Of a stretch of 51,991 nt of DNA, positions 49,370-51,991 are shown one piece after another. Position numbers and translations under genes: made by a program. Under the pieces are notes generated by a model. It ran no database searches, had not been told where the DNA came from, and worked only from the letters and a program-made list of their open reading frames with translations. The first letter of the stretch is position 1; each line of letters starts with the position of its first letter. The stretch is from Candidatus Micrarchaeota archaeon (GTDB taxonomy: Archaea > Micrarchaeota > Micrarchaeia > Anstonellales > Bilamarchaeaceae), in assembly GCA_040757035.1 (NCBI GenBank), contig JBFLYM010000005.1:1-51991 (forward strand), in the 5' to 3' direction.

Positions 49370-50461
49370 TCATAAATTCAGTTTGTCCACGACCATATCT
49401 CCAAATTCGCGCGTGCCTATAATTTTTTCTTTTTGTGTATTGTCCTCTGCCAAATCATTAGTGCAGTATCCCAAATTTAGTACTGAAAACATCGCATTCC
49501 ATATCGCTTTTGATTCTTTTTCAAGCCCAAATGCATATTCAAGCATGAGCGCAGTGCTTCCAATCATAGAATATGGATTTGCAGTATTTTGCCCTGTTCT
49601 GTGTGGCGCTGAACCATGAGAAGGTTCAAAATAAGATTTTCTTGGACCTATGCACGCAGAAGGTAATAAACCAAGTGAACCAATAATCCCTCCTCCTTCG
49701 TCGCTAAGAATGTCCCCAAACATATTCTCAAGCAGCATTGTATCAAATTGAGTGGGGTTTACCACTAATTTGTAAGCAGCGTTATCCACGAGCATATGCA
49801 TCAATTTTACATCTGGATAATCTTTGCTTACTCTATCTACGATTTCATTCCAAAATACGCATGTTAAAATAACATTGGATTTATGAATGTTGTGAAGGGT
49901 TTTGTTTCTTTTCCGCGCCACTTCAAACGCGAAACGCGCGATTCTCTCAACTTGACCTTCGGTATAATGCATCGCGTCCATTGAATAGCGTTCGTTATTC
50001 ACAATTCCTTGTTTTTTTTCTCCGAAATAAAGCCCACCGACAAGTTCGCGCACCATCATTATATCAACACCGTTGGGGATAAGTTCTGGTTTGAGCGGAG
50101 AGATGCGTTTAAGCGCTTTTGGAAGTATTATTGGTCTAAGATTTGCGTATGTTTGGTAGCGCGCGCGAAGCGGAAGTATCGCCCCTCTTTCAGGACGAAG
50201 ATTTACATCTGGAATATTATCGTATTGCGGTGCGCCAACAGGTCCTTTAAGAATGGCATCCGCTCTATCGCAAATTTTTTTAGTTTCTTCAGGAAAAGGA
50301 TGACCATGTTTATCGTATGCAATTCCTCCAAAATCAGCGTATTCTACATTAAATTCATGTTGATAAATTTTACTTATTGTATCAAGTACTTTAATCGCTT
50401 CATACGTAGTTTCCGGCCCTATACCATCGCCCGGCAAAACAGCAATAGTTTTTTTTACCAT
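49370..50461 (-). CDS. leuB: 3-isopropylmalate dehydrogenase
   Basis: LPGDGIGPE, RELVGGLYFG, HKSNV, NMFGDILSDE, EPSHGSAP; start at MVKK preferred. Confidence 0.95.
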   Translation of the reverse strand: MVKKTIAVLPGDGIGPETTYEAIKVLDTISKIYQHEFNVEYADFGGIAYDKHGHPFPEETKKICDRADAILKGPVGAPQYDNIPDVNLRPERGAILPLRARYQTYANLRPIILPKALKRISPLKPELIPNGVDIMMVRELVGGLYFGEKKQGIVNNERYSMDAMHYTEGQVERIARFAFEVARKRNKTLHNIHKSNVILTCVFWNEIVDRVSKDYPDVKLMHMLVDNAAYKLVVNPTQFDTMLLENMFGDILSDEGGGIIGSLGLLPSACIGPRKSYFEPSHGSAPHRTGQNTANPYSMIGSTALMLEYAFGLEKESKAIWNAMFSVLNLGYCTNDLAEDNTQKEKIIGTREFGDMVVDKLNL

Positions 50462-50561
50462 AAACATAATCATTTTTAGCGGGCTAGTATGCATCGCGTC
50501 CATTGCGCCAAGTGCGCCCGTTGAATAGTGTTCGTTATTCGTATTAAACTTTTTAAAGTTT

Positions 50562-51278
50562 TTAAATATTTTGAATCTTAAGAGCTAAATTAAGAGCTAA
50601 AAAATACCTTAATTCATTATTATAATCAATATGAATATTTTTTCCCCTATACTTCCCCGATATGATTTTGATAATTTCTGCGATAATTTTTGATAGTGCG
50701 CTATTTGCAACGACTTTTGACCGAAGCCCAAAGTCGTTGACGGTTGCATCCGTAGTCTCAACTTCAAAAATTATTTTTTTATCATAATTCTTTTCTCCAA
50801 CCAATACGCAATAATCCAACATTTCTGCAAGAAGATTTTCCTTGATTTTTTCTTCTGAATATTTCCTTTTTTGTAATCGTTTTTTCAATTCGCTTGGATT
50901 GCACCTAAGCACAAAAACAAAATTTGCCGGGAGAGAAATTTCGCATGCTACATGGCCTTCTACAAGAATAAGCGTTTTTGATGTTTTTAATGTCTTTGAT
51001 TTTTGATTTGCTGTTTTGTCATGTTTTGAGCATTTCGGATATTTGCTTGTGCCATCATACTGCGCATGCAGCATTTTAATTTTATTCATTAATTCTTTTT
51101 TCAATTTTTTTAAATCCACTAAGTTCTCATTTTTTGATTTGATAAAAAGTTTTTTTTGTTTAGCAAATTCGTGCAAGTGTATGATATGGATATTGAACTT
51201 TTTTTTAAGTCTCTTTTCTAACTGCTTTGATATTGTTGTTTTTCCTGTTCCAGGTACGCCAGTAATTATAATTAACAT
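50562..51278 (-). CDS. Archaeal adenylate kinase (AK6/Fap7-type) with two inserts
   Basis: ITGVPGTGKTT, VEGH, VLRCNP...RLQKRKYSEEKIKEN. Confidence 0.88.
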   Translation of the reverse strand: MLIIITGVPGTGKTTISKQLEKRLKKKFNIHIIHLHEFAKQKKLFIKSKNENLVDLKKLKKELMNKIKMLHAQYDGTSKYPKCSKHDKTANQKSKTLKTSKTLILVEGHVACEISLPANFVFVLRCNPSELKKRLQKRKYSEEKIKENLLAEMLDYCVLVGEKNYDKKIIFEVETTDATVNDFGLRSKVVANSALSKIIAEIIKIISGKYRGKNIHIDYNNELRYFLALNLALKIQNI

Positions 51279-51400
51279 GCTATAACATCACAATCCTTAT
51301 ATATAAAAATTCCATTTACATTGAGTGAAGCAATTTTCAGAGGCTCTAAATAATGGCAAAAGCAAAACTTTATTAGATGACCTAATTCATAAATAAAAAC

Positions 51401-51871
51401 ATGATTGATAGCTCAATCTTTTTAGAAAAATTTTTACAAAACTATCGCTTTAAGATGATTAAGCCATATCTAATTGGAGATGTGTTAGATTTTGGAGGAA
51501 ACGAGGGAGAATTAAAAAAGTTTGTGAAAGGCAAATACCTTGTCGTTAATTATGATCATTCTGCAATGGAAAATACTCATTTTGACACAATTGTAAGTTT
51601 AGCAGTTATAGAACATATAGAATTTGACGAAGTGTTCAAAATATTCCGTAAATTCAAAAAAATATTAAACAAAGGAGGGAGAATCCTTCTGACAACACCA
51701 ACCAAAATGGCAAAACCTGTTTTAGAATTTTGGGCTTTTCTCGGGATTGTAGATAAAAAGAATATTGTAGAACACAAACATTATTGGACTAAAAAAGAAA
51801 TATATCAACTTGCAGATAATACAGGTTTTATTGTGAAAAGGTTCAAGAGATTTCAATTTGGTTTTACTTGA
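51401..51871 (+). CDS. Class I SAM-dependent methyltransferase, possibly 3'-truncated
   Basis: VLDFGGNEG, FDTIVSLAVIEHI, LNKGGRILLTTP. Confidence 0.82.
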   Translation: MIDSSIFLEKFLQNYRFKMIKPYLIGDVLDFGGNEGELKKFVKGKYLVVNYDHSAMENTHFDTIVSLAVIEHIEFDEVFKIFRKFKKILNKGGRILLTTPTKMAKPVLEFWAFLGIVDKKNIVEHKHYWTKKEIYQLADNTGFIVKRFKRFQFGFT

Positions 51872-51991
51872 CCTTCCAATTCTATCCTAAATTCTAAACT
51901 CTAATTTTTTGATTTCTATTCGATAAAACAATATAATTATCGTTAAAGTAATCTGTATCCTAACTTTTCATAATTAAATTATGAGAAAGAT

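Overview
AT-rich archaeal chromosome segment. Gene content (EF-1alpha, rpL15e, PriS/PriL, PCNA, RFC, TFE, Spt5, SMC, archaeal pilins) and a ~390-aa three-unit (epsilon2-like) tRNA splicing endonuclease point to a DPANN archaeon, most likely Micrarchaeota (inference). Most CDS are housekeeping; the interest lies in RNA splicing and small mobile DNA. (1) uppS is interrupted inside its catalytic PDG|NRRW motif by a 60-nt stop-containing insert bounded by a near-perfect bulge-helix-bulge (BHB) motif, whose removal exactly restores the motif: a candidate endonuclease-spliced mRNA intron. (2) All five tRNA genes found (Val-CAC, Ser-GCT, iMet, Lys-TTT, Ile-TAT) carry BHB introns, 8 in total, 41-421 nt, four at T-loop position 59/60. 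(3) The longest introns consist of a modular hairpin-rich repeat (single in tRNA-Lys, head-to-tail tandem in tRNA-Ile) that also occurs free-standing in front of ftsZ and after leuB, suggesting a mobile element that shelters in spliced introns. A second repeat family is shared, in opposite orientation, by the iMet and Lys introns. There are also MITEs, a structured repeat at gene 3' ends, copied gene fragments next to tRNA 3' ends, and pervasive short tandem duplications. All structures were read by eye and no searches were run.
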